Shown here: positions 41,110-53,416 of the stretch, piece by piece
Position numbering within the stretch: position 1 is the first letter of the stretch
Layout of the letters: every line of letters starts with the position of its first letter
Source: Rotaria socialis
Lineage: Eukaryota
Assembly (NCBI GenBank): GCA_905331295.1
Contig: CAJNYD010000012.1
Location: 558,001 to 622,000 of the forward strand
Direction: 5' to 3'
DNA: 64,000 nt
Position numbers and translations under genes: made by a program
Notes under the pieces: generated by a model
The model's database searches: none
What the model was told of the DNA's origin: nothing
The model's input: the letters and a program-made list of their open reading frames with translations, nothing else

Positions 41110-41384
41110 TAGTTTCAAGTGTGAAGGAGAAGTCTATGCTTGGCAATGAAGGTTACAATTATACTTTAGAACGAAAATGTTTTTTCGATATCACAGTTGA
41201 GATTGCAAAGGTAAATTTAACTAAAATATGATTTTCACTAGACTTCTCTATGCATACATTTCTCTTCGCCTCTACATTAATTGTGTTACATTCAATTAGC
41301 TGCTTGACAAACTGTCAATGCGGCAAATTATCCTTGCAACAAATAGTCTGCGACGAATTGTCCGTGACGAATTATCCCGTTACC
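41110..41384 (+). mobile_element. Mutator-like relic: FLYWCH-type exon remnant plus terminal repeat
   Basis: KSMLGNEGYNYTLERK, then a frameshifted FRYHS*DCK|gt; tandem CGAATT(G/A)TCC motifs ending in CCCGTTACC. Confidence 0.5.
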
Positions 41385-43610
41385 AAAATATTTCGAATAG
41401 CATCATATTCAATAGAAAAAAGTGGTTATCTACAGGCTAATGTATTCTAGAAACGAAAATACTTTATTGATAAAATTTCAGATATTTCATTATTCCTAGG
41501 ATCTAACAGATTTTCATGAATGGTGGAATGTGGGCGAACTTCACAATACATAGACTAATATGAATGACACAAGTGAAGTAATTCATGTTCTTTGTCTTCA
41601 ATAAAAATCATAACCAGAGCAATTAATTGCTAATTAAAGTTGTTTGTTTCTTGCCATGTTCTTCATCAGTTATCGAATATTTAATAATGATAATAAAGAA
41701 TACCCTAGTAAACTCTCCCTAGAAGAATCCCCAGGGAGTCCCCTGACAAATCCCCGGCGACTAACGGCAGGGAGTCCCCTGACAAATCCCCGGCGACTAA
41801 CGGCAGGGAGTCCCTAGAGATTTCGTTCTTTTGCGGGGACTCCCTGAGGACTCCCCGGAGAGTTATCTGGCCAAAATCGATGAAATATCTAATTACTAAT
41901 AAATTCATCTAAATTTTTTAAGATTTAAAAAAATTAAAAAGTTTTTTTTTTAATTTTAAAAAATTTCATCAATTCTCCCCAGAGAAGTCCCTGCGGAGCC
42001 CCCGGGGGAGAGTGAACTAGGGATGCCAAATATTTTACAAGGATACAGGCGTGTAGAAAATTCAATTCACTATTAATTGGTATGATAAGGGCCCAGATGC
42101 ATACGTTTCACGGCAAATATAATTACTCACACCTTTAGAAATACATGTTGCTCAGCAGAGACAAGACAAAAAAGTCAAGTACTTCGTGTCAATAAAATTT
42201 CTATGATTTTGGTAATTTTGTAAAGAAAACTATTAATGGGATCACACTCTATTATGATTATATGGTAAAAGGAATGGCTACTCGAAGCCCGACGATGAAT
42301 ATTTATTTCTTTACGGGTCAATAATTTTGGATTCCACAGGAAAGACGCGTGAAAAATCCCAGAAAATGCAGAAGTTGCAAATAATATTACAGCTAGTACA
42401 TTTTTGGGCTTTCATGTTGTGGTCAACGGGTGTTTTTAGTTTGATAGCGTGAAAATTTGACCAGATTTCGCTGGAAAAAATTGGAACATTTTCAGATCAG
42501 AATAATACCTTCTTGTCAATACCTCCCTGTACTTATTGCCTTGAGCTTTTAAAGATATTTTCAACGGATAGCTTATTATTCTTGTATTTAAAGATTAAAT
42601 ATTTTCTAAATTAGAGTTTCTTTTCATTTTGATTCATTTTTACACCGGGTTCTTCAATATAGGCCTACGTAAAATTTGAAAAACTTTCATTTTTTCTCTT
42701 TACGATGGTATTTTAGCCTTTATTCATTAGTTTTTTACTTTTAATTTATAAATAAGGTGAGCGCGAAGAATCATTATCTAGAAAATAATCGATCTAAATT
42801 CTCATTTTTTTCGGATACATTCATATTTCAATATGAAGAATTATATATCAGCATCGGTAACTCTGGTTCTATTCCTTTTTTTTGCATCTAGTAGAATATA
42901 GCTAGTATTGCTAACGTGAGTCTTTATTAATTTACATCAGTTATTATAGTTGACATGTATGACAACGATAGTGAAGTTATGTAAGTTTATCTGATGTAGG
43001 ACAACATCAAATATCGAATTCTGATTCATCAAGAACAAAAAATTCAAATTGACTAGAAATAAATTAGTAACTATATAACATTTCAGTTGACGATTATTTA
43101 TTCGATCAATCGAAATCAAACTTTGTAACTTTTTTCAAGGATTTGGTTGATCTATCGTATAATTTCACTTCACTTGTATATATTGAAGTAGCTTTTACTG
43201 ATAGATCACCATCTTTTTAAAGGTAAACTTATTTGTAAATTTAATCATATCCAATATTAGTGAATTGGATTTTTCACACGCTTGTATCGTTGTAAAATAT
43301 TTGATATACGTTTTCATTATTCTAAATCTGTAATTGATAAATAAAAACAAACAACTATAATTGGCAATTAATTGCTGCGTTTATTATATTAATTGAAGAC
43401 GAAAAATATGAATTACTTCACTTCTGTCATCCCTACTAGTCTATTCATTGTGAGTCTCGCCTACATTCCACCATTCATGAAAAATCTGTTCAGTCAGAGA
43501 CCTATAGAAATATCTGACATTTTATCAATATCCTATTCGTTTCTAGAGCACATTAGCCTATAAATAATCACTTTTTTTACTGTTGAACATAATGTCATTC
43601 GAAATATTTG
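41385..43610. mobile_element. Old foldback element with long diverged inverted arms (41385-42087 and 43244-43610)
   Basis: The arms align as reverse complements, e.g. TTCATGAATGGTGGAATGT vs ACATTCCACCATTCATGAA and AAGTGAAGTAATTCAT vs ATGAATTACTTCACTT. Confidence 0.8.
41703..42022. mobile_element. GC-rich MITE inserted in the left arm of the foldback
   Basis: TIR CCCTAGTAAACTCTCCC / GGGAGAGTGAACTAGGG; internal exact 36-bp duplication (41732-41803); absent from the right arm. Confidence 0.85.
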
Positions 43611-44399
43611 TATGTCAAATAATGATAAGATAGGGAGAAATTTGCCTGTATGTTTAGATGCATTGCTTAGAAAAGAAAAACATTCTTATAAATTCGAAGG
43701 ATGATTAATTTAAATAAGGAGCATGTAGTATTTAAATTGAGACATATCTGTTTTTCAGATTTTATTTCTTATATCCATCGCTATCATCATCAGTGATAGA
43801 AAACTTGTTGGACGGGTTTAATAATGGTTGTCTATCACTCATTTGATTAGTGTTTGGATTGCGTTAGAATGATGATAGTAATGAAATAGACTCTACTCAA
43901 AACCTCAGTAAAAACTTAGCGCTAAATGAAGGAAACACTCCTTTCAGATCGTGTTTCATAAAAGTTGCATTCAAGGAAAACTTACACTGCGCGTATGGCA
44001 ACCGAAAATTTCAATGTCGAAACATTAGCATCGGTAGCATCGGTAGCATTAATAATGATGAAAGTGGTGTATTTATTAAAGCTGAATATGTAATTGAAAA
44101 ACTAGTTCATTATCAAGAGAAGCCCAATCTATTTTACTTTTTTCGATTTACAACTCTACTTGAAAGCTCTTAAATAAATGATTATTTTACATCGTTGATG
44201 CATATTTAAACTTAATAAACTGTATTAAAAAAATGAAATATAATGCTGACAATCTGCTTGAGCATAATTATTTTAAAGAACTTAGCTACCATTTTCGCTA
44301 GATTTTTACCCATAAATGAATCTTCATTATACTTAAATATTTTCAATTGCTCTTAACATTGTTTGTAATTTGAATATAGGTAAAAGTTTCTGCAACACA

Positions 44400-44472
44400 G
44401 GTGTGGTGTGGATGTGGGTGGGATTTGAGCCTTACCTTTACCCGCACCCACATCCACACCCACACACACCCA
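44400..44472. repeat. Telomere-like TGTGGG/CCCACA mini-foldback
   Basis: GTGTGGATGTGGGTG pairs with CACCCACATCCACAC; directly abuts the truncated Tc1 ORF. Confidence 0.75.
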
Positions 44473-45599
44473 TCCGTAAAGCAAGTGGACAACAAAGAAA
44501 AAGCTGTTCTGTTGTGGCGAAGGAGATTGCAGAAAAGCAAAAAGAATATGTCACTCGAAGAGCAATTAATAATTACCGTCGTAGAGAAGAATTATAACCT
44601 TTTCATGTTATTCCAAAACCGTTAAAATCTGAAACTCATATATCAGATCGATTATGGCTGTGTGACTGGTTAAAAGATTGGACTGTAGAAGATTTTCTTC
44701 ATCTGGCACCATCTGGTGAGTTTTATGTATGGACAGCCCGTAGGCCAAATTATCAGAATGATCGAATTTGGGCGAGAAGTATTGAAGACATTGAAAAAGA
44801 TCAAAGATATCGTGAAATGGCCAAAAATCAATCGTGTATCGGAATTTTTATAGTGTTTACTTGCAAAAGATTACTTTGGGTTATTAAAGATAAAGGTGAA
44901 TCTTGGACTGATCAATACTTTCGTGATATAATTTTGACTCAAAATGTATTTCTCTTCTTAAAAAATGAAGATAATGTTATTGAGCCTGATGAAGTTATAT
45001 TTGTTCATGATAAACCATGTATGTGAGCATATAAAACTCAGCATTTGCTTCAAGACAATTATGTTAAATTTTGGGGTAATGATAACTGGCCAGGAAATTC
45101 ACCTGATCTTAATGTAGCAGAACGTATCGGATCAATTTTCAAAGATGAAGTTGAAAAACAAATGTTATCGGAAACTTGGTATAATCGATATCATGTAGAC
45201 ACACTTAAAATGCATATTGAAAATGTCTTAACCAGCATGAAAGAAGATACTGAATTATTTGAAACTCTTCTATGTTCGTATCCATCTCGACTTCGTGCAG
45301 TAAAGACTGCTAACGGTCGCCACACAGATTATTGATTGTATTCATTAAAGAATGAAAAAATAAACTATTTTGTAACACATTTAGTTCGAACATTACCAGA
45401 TAAACTAGTTTTCTCGTGTCTTATACAGGTAAAAAGTTGTAACTTTTGAGAGTTTGGTATAAGAAAGTTCTTCAAAGTCATATTATTTAGCATCACTAAA
45501 TCCCATTTTTCACGGGCTTTCATTTGGTATAAAATTCATCATGTTTCCTACTTGGAATTATAGAGTTACCCCCCTTGAAAAATATTGTTTCCAACCGTG
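44472..45599 (+). mobile_element. 5'-truncated Tc1/mariner (probably DD37E-type) transposon with a dead transposase (to 45335)
   Basis: SGE (first D lost), QNDRIWA, FVHDKPCM*, WPGNSPDLNVAE and GRHTDY; in-frame stops; right end ...TTTCCAACCGTG followed by TA. Confidence 0.88.
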
Positions 45600-45744
45600 T
45601 ATATATAGATTAACAACATATTGTTAATCATTTGAATTACCATAATTTGATAACTATGAAAATATTAAGCCAATTTAACAAGAAATATTTTCCGCAATGA
45701 TTACAACGTGATTTTGTGAGGGATGTCATAATATCCACAACTTG

Positions 45745-45990
45745 GGTATCGAGATGAATACCCAGATAAGATACCCAGTTGGATGGATATCTACATATCC
45801 TCCGAGCTGAGGAATTTGAGTGCATTTGGTGTAACGAGAATGGGTATCCATTTTCATATATCCTCAGAGCTGAGTAATTTTAGTGCATTTGGTGTAACGA
45901 GAATGGGTATCCATTTTCATATATCCTCAGAGCTGAGGAATTTTAGTGCATTTGGTGTAACGAGATTGGGTACCAGAAATTTTCCCACTG
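45745..45990. repeat. 63-bp tandem repeat (~3 copies) ending in a TIR-like AAATTTTCCCACTG
   Basis: Unit TGGGTATCCATTTTCATATATCCTCAGAGCTGAG..GTAACGAGAA at 45841 and 45904, with a degenerate copy before them. Confidence 0.8.
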
Positions 45991-46169
45991 TCAGGTCCTA
46001 CTTCAAACAAATTAATATAAGCCACAATTCAAATAACATGCGTGTGACGATCCATAACAACACCAACTACACAGCATGCTACAGTTTCAACCCGATTTCC
46101 TTGAGTGATTTTGATGAAAGTCGTAATAAATTGTTATCAGGTAAAAATGAAGTTCTTCAACGAACATTT

Positions 46170-46269
46170 NNNNNNNNNNNNNNNNNNNNNNNNNNNNNNN
46201 NNNNNNNNNNNNNNNNNNNNNNNNNNNNNNNNNNNNNNNNNNNNNNNNNNNNNNNNNNNNNNNNNNNNN
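46170..46269. other. Assembly gap (100 N)
   Basis: Run of N. Confidence 1.
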
Positions 46270-47201
46270 TTTTACGGTCAACCCTCGAAAAACTACAGGC
46301 ATTGGGAAAAGTCAAAAAAATGCGAAAATGCTTCAAAAACGACGACAAACAGAAAAAAATCGAATTGGGCGGGTGACGTTAAGAGCGGAAATCGGCCCCC
46401 TGTAGGAATCGAGATTTTCTCTACCAAAATTATCAAAAACGATGCCACAAATTGTTTTATAGCAAAATCAGTTCAATATACTATATGTTTTGTAGGTACA
46501 GGCAGCTCGAACTTTAACACTCAATATGAAGATTTAACCTTATATTTCGTTTTAAATACGCCTAACACCCACCGACTTCGTAACTTCTAACACTTCTCAT
46601 TCACTAGATCTTGATCAGATCTAGAGTTTTATGTAAAAAAGTTAGATAAAAACTTTAGCCTGGGGGTCATCACAAGGGGAAATATCAAATTTTTTGATAA
46701 ATAATCCTGCTCTCGGATGAAACGGCTAAGAAAATAATCTCGATTTTAATCGGAACCATTATGAATTCTCTATTAAAAGATAGATCTTGATCAGATGTAG
46801 AGTTCTATGTAAAAAAATCGCGAAAACAACCTTGACGCGGGGGTCATGATATGAGGTATATATATCAAATTTGTTGAAAAATAATACAACTTTGGGACGA
46901 AAAGACTAACCGAAGAGCATTCATTTTAATCGGAACCATTATGAATTCTGTATTAAAAGATAGATCTTGATCAGATCTAGTGTTTTATGCAAAACAATTG
47001 TGGAAAAAACGTTGGCCACAAAAAGTTACCATACAGATATCGAGCTATGTAAGGTGCGCGTCATTCAAAAGAATTAGTACAGCTTCGCCGAATTTTATTT
47101 TCGCCGTCTCCAACTTCGCCGAATATAATTTTCGCCAACGCCTATTTTCGCCGAATAAAAATCTTGACCGAAAAATATCGAATCAAATTTGATCCATTCT
47201 A

Positions 47202-48520
47202 CACTGTAAAAAAAATTCGTAGAATAATAAACCCAAAATGGGTTGATGAAAGTGCAACGTATAATAAACCCTTTTTACCGTATTTAAAACTATCCTAAAC
47301 CCTTTCATAAACCCTTTTTTCCGTATATGAAATTGCCATAAACCCTTTTTTCCGTATGTGAAATTGCCATAAACCCTTTAATAAACCCTTTTAAACACGT
47401 TTTCAAGTGAGAGAAACATCTAAAGGTTATTTTTAAAAAAGTATTTTAAATGTTACACAATCATTATTTTGCTATTATTCCAATTCAGTTTGCGTTTCAG
47501 ATCGAATATATATATATATATATATATACTTTCATAGATTAATAATTAATTAAGTGATGTACTTACTGTTGTCACCTGGGTTCGAACATATGACATAATT
47601 CATGATTGTCTAACTTGTTATCCATTCGATCAGATTCGCGCTCAAATTGGATAGTATGAAATGTACTCTTAAATTAAACAATGTTCTTCTGAATAGCCAC
47701 TTCCTATTTTGATGAAGAAATCGGAATAATAGATTTCTGTACCGCTTATTTATTTGAAATTGAAAGATATTTTTAAAACATTATTAAAGTAGATCACTTA
47801 AATTTTATAGTTCATATTACAGATATATCGATATTTGAAAGTATATTATATATTTAATAAATTATTTAATTGATAGGAATTCCTTGAAATAAATTTTAAA
47901 TAATTTTTAGAATTTTTTTCTGAGTTTTTTTCTTTAGGGACTGAAAAATAACGCTTAGAAATGTCTAAATTTTAAAAGAAAAATATTGTGAAAGATTTAG
48001 TATTCTGATTTCTTTTAGAACACTTCAATTTTCGAAAACTTTATATTGATTGATAGTACTCTTCTCGATCGAAATATGTTAGTTTTTGGAAATAGCCACC
48101 GTAGCAAAATGTTTCAAGTGATAGTGAGAGAGCGCTTTGTTGAAAAGTTAGAATAATTAACTCTTGAACGTAGAATAATAAACACTTTTTATGAAAGAGT
48201 AGAACAATAAACCATTAGTTACGCAAGGCAAAACGTTTTTTGTGAAAAGACACAGGTATGAACCTTTCATCGTAGAATAAAAAAACCTTACCATAAAAAT
48301 TACAACCATAAACCCATAACCGTAGAATAAGAAACCCTTTTTATGAAGGGTATATTGATGAACCTTTCTTTTTCTCCGCATAAACCCTTTTTTCATTTAA
48401 AATACCCTTTTTCTCAAAAACCCTTAAAGGGTTTATGCGGTTCTCCTAAACCCTTCAAGGGTTTAGGAAAATTTTCCGAATGTACTAGGGTTTCTTATTG
48501 TACGAATTGTTTTTACAGTG
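47202..48520. mobile_element. CACTG-terminated non-autonomous element (CMC/EnSpm-like) with TA duplication
   Basis: TIR CACTGTAAAAA..AATTCGTA / TACGAATT..TTTTTACAGTG; TA on both flanks; subterminal AAACCCTT repeats; empty site preserved in the opposite arm (~49387-49415). Confidence 0.88.
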
Positions 48521-49053
48521 TAGATATAGAATTTTATCCTAACTAACTACTTTAATAGTGACTTGATTAATTAACCCCATCTGACTTGGTAACCAACAGA
48601 CGTGGTAACCAACAGACGCGGTAACCAACTAGCTTGGTAACCAACTGCCTTGGTAGCCAACTGAGTTGGTAACCAACTGCCTTGGTAGCCATCTGAGTTG
48701 GTAACCAATTGCCTTGGTAGCCAACTGAGTTGGTAACCAACTGACTTGGTAGCCATCTGTGTTGATACCCACGCACACACCCACACCCTCAAGAAGTATA
48801 GGTCTCAGAAAAATTTAATGTCTCAAGAATGGAACAATATTTTTTGAAACAGTTTTCGCATGAATTCATCAAACACTTGCATCTATCATCATAAAAGTAT
48901 CAATTAAATCGACCACCGCTGATTAAGAAGGGTCCATCGTGGTTTGTCTGAACTGACTCTAAAACAAAAAACTGTTCTATGGTACAATGAGAAACATGTC
49001 TTTTTATTTTGAGATATATCAAAAATTACAAAACAGACACTATTTCAATTCAG

Positions 49054-49205
49054 CAGGGTACCCTGCTCTGTCCTGCTGAAAACCGACAGGGCAGGGCAGG
49101 GGCAGGAAGTATCTTAAATTTATTCATTTTTTTCAACAGGGCAGGGCAGAGCAGACAGGGTGCAGGGCAGGACAGGGTGCAAAAAGTTGCCCTGTGGACA
49201 TCTCT
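49054..49205. mobile_element. Truncated CAGGG-rich MITE
   Basis: Repeated CAGGGCAGG motifs ending in GCCCTGTGGACATCTCTG, a hAT-like end. Confidence 0.5.
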
Positions 49206-49832
49206 GTTACCAACTCAGATGGTTACCAAGTCAGTTGGTTACCACGTCTGTTGGTTACCAAGTCAGTTGGTTACCACGTCTGTTGGTTACCAAGTCAGTT
49301 GGTTACCACGTCTGTTGGTTACCAACTCAGATGGTTACCAAGTCAGATGGGGTTAATTAATCAAGCTACTATTAAAATAGTTAGTTAGGATAAAATTCTA
49401 TATCTAGAATGGATCAAATTTGATTCGATATTTTTCGGTCAAGATTTTTATTCGGCGAAGTTGGAGTCGGCGAAAATAACCGTCGGCGAAAATAATCGTC
49501 CGCGAAAATAATCGTCCGCGAAAATAATCGTCGGCGAAAATAATCGTCCGCGAAAATAATCGTCGGCGAAAAAAAGATTCGGCGAAGCTAGAATTTACCA
49601 TTCAAAAATCGAGTAGAATTCTTTTTTGTTAATTTTTTTTGCATGGTTGGATAGAGCTCGTTGAGATCTACAAAACTGTATATATCAAAAAATTTTAGAG
49701 CCTTTTGTTTAGAAAAATGTTTTAAAAAATATTCAATTTTTTCATAAATTCAGCTTTATTTCCATAGTAGCATTATTGCTTCTTTGCTCGGCTTTTTTGG
49801 TACTAGTATACGTTTTAGACTATCCGTGAGTC

Positions 49833-52800
49833 CATAGGCGGCGGAACGATTTCAATCTAGAGTAGGCTCAATTTTCCAGCGAAATGATGTCAGAAAGATA
49901 GTAAGAAAATGACGCTCATCATATTTTTTTAATAAAAGATGCCATACGCCTTCTTGCTAGATTTTGATTCTGTATAAGTGTGATAGCTTTATAGTGCTTT
50001 ATTTTTTTTAGATAAAACAAGAAATAACAAAGTATCACATTCACAGAACAACTACTTAAAAAAGTAAAACGAGTCTAAAACATAATAAAATCATACAGTA
50101 CCAAAAAATGTTTTTTTTTAATTTTCATTCTTTGAAATAAAATCAGAACAGGCGCTCTTTAAATCAAGTAAATCTAATTTATTTTTATGAATGTGAGGAA
50201 TAATAACGTGATTTAAACGTTGTTGACTCATTGTGCAGCGCAAATACGTTTTTATTCTATTAAGAACACTGAACGATCTTTCGACAGTGGCTGTTGTTGC
50301 AGGTACTGTCAAATATAATGTTATCTATTTGCAGTATTCATAAAACATACTTTTACCAAGCTGTTGTGCATTTAAAAGCTCACACACCGTACTAATTTTT
50401 GTTATTTTCTTGAGGCCTAGTTTTTCTCCTTGTTAATGCTCGAAAAATAATCAGGTAACATCATTAATTCAAGATTTAATCGGTCAACATTAATATCATC
50501 TGTCAAAAATTCATCAATATCAATTATTTTTTTGCATCATCACAAACTTGTGTACCATTAGCTGTTGATAGAATAAATTGTTCAACTTTACATAACAATG
50601 GGAAAATTGATTGTTTAAAGCGCGAATCAAGTGAATTCAAAATATTGTTAATGATTTCAAAATATTCATCATGATAAAGATCACAGATTGATTCATATGA
50701 TAATGATGTTGGTAGAGAGTCAACAAATCTTGATGGTGGTTTTCGAGTACGTGGTAGTGATGGTTCATTTGTTAATAATTTTGCTTCATCTCGAACGCCT
50801 TCATAAAATATTGTAAAGCACTCATTCGTTTTGATTCTCATTACATATCTTGTTAGAGTTTGACCTGCACATAAAATATCTTGTAGATTATTTTCTACAC
50901 GTTGCAAAGCACAGGACACCTCCTCAGTGGCGGAAAAGATTAGATGGCCTAAAGATTTAAGTCATGAAAATACATTAGTTTGAATATAGCTTGATATACT
51001 CGCCTGTTTTTAATCCGAAATAATATGAAAATTTGCCCATTTGTTCGAATAAACCATTTGCCTTCGGTGCTACACGTCCACCTTCTAGATTGATTTCTGT
51101 TAACGCATTTTTCACTAACGAATACTTAATTAGGAATACATTCAAGGACGATGAACGCACCGTCCATCGAGTTGGGCAAAGTGGTTTTAATTTAGTGTAG
51201 GAATCTAAACCACTTAATGTATCTAACAAATTCAATCTCTTTGGAGATTCTCTCATAAAATTAACTATGTCATTTGTCATATTTAAAGCAATGGAAACAC
51301 TTGATGATGTACGAGTTAGATCTTGCATTGCAAGATCTAGAGAATGTGCAATACAGTGAGTGTAAAATGCTTTTTTACATAAACTTGTGATTCTTGTTGA
51401 TGCACCTGATACATGACCGGCCATTGTTGCCGCTTCATCATAGCCTTGTCATCGACAGTATTTTATATCCAAATTACATCGAATAAATATATCAAGAATA
51501 ATGCTTGTAATATGTTTTGCTGATTGGGATGTTACACCATACATTCCAAGTACGTCTTCGTGCACAACAAAATCACTATCAACAGATCTAATAGTAAAAC
51601 ACAATTGTTCTGTACCCATTCATCCCTAGTTTCATCACATATAATGCTGTAGAATTTTCGTTCACAGATCTAATGATATATAAAACAGCAGATGGAATAA
51701 AAGCACTTGAAAAAGTAACTCTCGGAACAGTTAGATATTACGACCTCCCGAAAAGAGTTACTCAAAGAGTCAATGTTTTCTAATGTTTTTAATTATCTTT
51801 TCCACATACAAAATATATGACAGAGTTGAAAGCAACAGCTCTTAACACAAAAAGTCATTTATCTTGAGGGTGGGTGTGGGTGTATGTCTATTCTTCACTT
51901 ACACACCCACACCCCCAGGCTTTTCAGAGAAATAAAAATATAACATTCTTCAAAAAAATGAAGGCGATTTCAAATATATTCAAAATATCAAAAAAAATCA
52001 TTTTACAATTATTTCAATTCCCAAACAAAAAATATTTTACAATTTTTTTACTTTCAAAAATGTTATTCACAGTAATGCATAGTTAAACGAATTTATCTTT
52101 TATCTTCGCAGTACGTCATTAATATATATCGTATTTATACTATAACAACCAGAAAAAAAGGCACTGTCTCTTTGATTTTTATCACTTTAAGTTGTAATCC
52201 AATTACGATGAAAATAACACAAAATCAAAGAGCACAACAATTATCGTACAATAAGTAATATTAAAAACGAAGTTTCCTCTTTCGTAGTTATACTATACAT
52301 GCATCGTGCATTTATTGTTAACAATGAAGATAATAAATGTAATCTTTGACATATAGATTGTTTTAAATAAAATATACTGAGTTACTTTTAAACTTCATAT
52401 TTCGACAAAAGGGGAAAAAGACAAACTAAAAAGCATTGAAACGCAGTTAAATTCGTTGAAATATTTTGATACTATAGTAATATGAGGCTCTTGTAAAAGA
52501 GAAGTATCATAGTAAGTTTTCTGCAAGAATTTTGTAGGCATTGTTTTGACACTCTCCTCATGTTTTCTGGTAAAAAAAGAATAATTTAACTAAACCCTTT
52601 ACTTTGTTGCATGTTACCCAATTCGTATACTTGCATTTCAAAGAAAGCTCTTGTAATATTTGTATTCTTTGAGTTCATTTTTTTAAAGGTTGTGGAAGTA
52701 CAAAAACAAATTCGCAGAAAAACACAGAAATATAATGGAAAAAATTTCGCAGAAACGGTTCGCATTCAGGGGGGCTAGCCCCCCCCCTGCTCGGCAAGTC
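49833..52800 (-). mobile_element. hAT (ZMYM1/DUF4371-type) transposon with a pseudogenised transposase (~50118-51655)
   Basis: IICDETRD, EQLCFTIRSVD, *QGYDEAATMAG, HCIAHSLDL, LCPTRWTVR and the hATC motif TVPATTATVERSFSVLNRIKTYLR; terminus CATAGGCGGCGGAAC at 49833; the right boundary is approximate. Confidence 0.85.
51863..51916. mobile_element. Telomere-like mini-element (reverse orientation)
   Basis: CTTGAGGGTGGGTGTGGGTG-TATGTCTATTCTTCAC-TTACACACCCACACCC. Confidence 0.75.
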
Positions 52801-53176
52801 TGCTCGGAGGGTCCATACTCGTACTCGAGAAAGTCTGTACTTCCACAGCTCTGGAGAGTATGGTGAAAGCTCTCGCAACTGAAACAGGGTAATACAAAAG
52901 CATGACGTATTATGTTGGAATAAATCAAATAGAAGTGAATTCTTCTCTTTCGAGTTGAATAAATAAAACCAATAATGAGATGACATTGTAAAGAATGAAA
53001 AGAATGAATCACATTGTTGAGCAACCTGTAAGGGAATTTTATAATCGTGTTACTACGAGTATGAAAAATATGTTGCAATATTCAGAGAGAGAAAATTCTG
53101 TATAAGTACGCGTGATGTACTGAGATTCTTTTGCATTCTACCTCACTTAATAATATGAGCTATTGTGGTTATCAAC

Positions 53177-53416
53177 CTTGAGGGTGGGTGTGGGTGTGGG
53201 TGTGGGTGTTAATGTGTGAGTGAAGAATAGACATAGACCTAGGACTATAACAGTTCGCAGTTCAGTTTATTTCAAACGAACTGTTTTTAACAGTGGAGTT
53301 CAGTTAAGAGGAATTTCGAACAGTTTCTCTTAACTGAACTATTCGAACAGTTCTTTTGAATTGAGTAATTTCCGAACTGCTATAGTCCCACATACACCCA
53401 CACCCACACCCTCAAG
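53177..53416. mobile_element. Full-length telomere-like mini-element with a nested MITE
   Basis: CTTGAGGGTGGG(TGTGGG)3 ... CACCCACACCCACACCCTCAAG, with core GTGAAGAATAGACATA. Confidence 0.8.
53240..53390. mobile_element. hAT-type MITE with an 8-bp TSD
   Basis: TIR TAGGACTATAACAGTTCG / CGAACTGCTATAGTCCCA; flanks CATAGACC and CATACACC. Confidence 0.85.

Larger units (their letters stand above)
47071..49599. mobile_element. Mutator-like foldback element with an 8-9 bp TSD
   Basis: (C)ATTCAAAA on both sides (47062-47070, 49599-49607); long inverted arms with TTTTCGCCGA repeats and 15-bp GGTAACCAAC repeats. Confidence 0.85.
46270..49828. mobile_element. Non-autonomous host element with ~180-bp subrepeats, split by nested insertions
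   Basis: TAGATCTTGATCAGAT(C/G)TAG at 46605, 46781 and 46961; the sequence resumes after 49599; ends in ...CCGTG like the Tc1 end at 45599. Confidence 0.5.

Noticed and set aside
45783..46590. ORFs of 197 and 161 aa
   Set aside because: Produced by the 63-bp tandem repeat and by reading through the N gap.
48575..49352. Regular 15-bp repeats resembling a CRISPR array, and the WLPxQLVT ORFs they generate
   Set aside because: No unique spacers, no cas genes, eukaryotic context; these are inverted subterminal TE repeats and the ORFs are artefacts.
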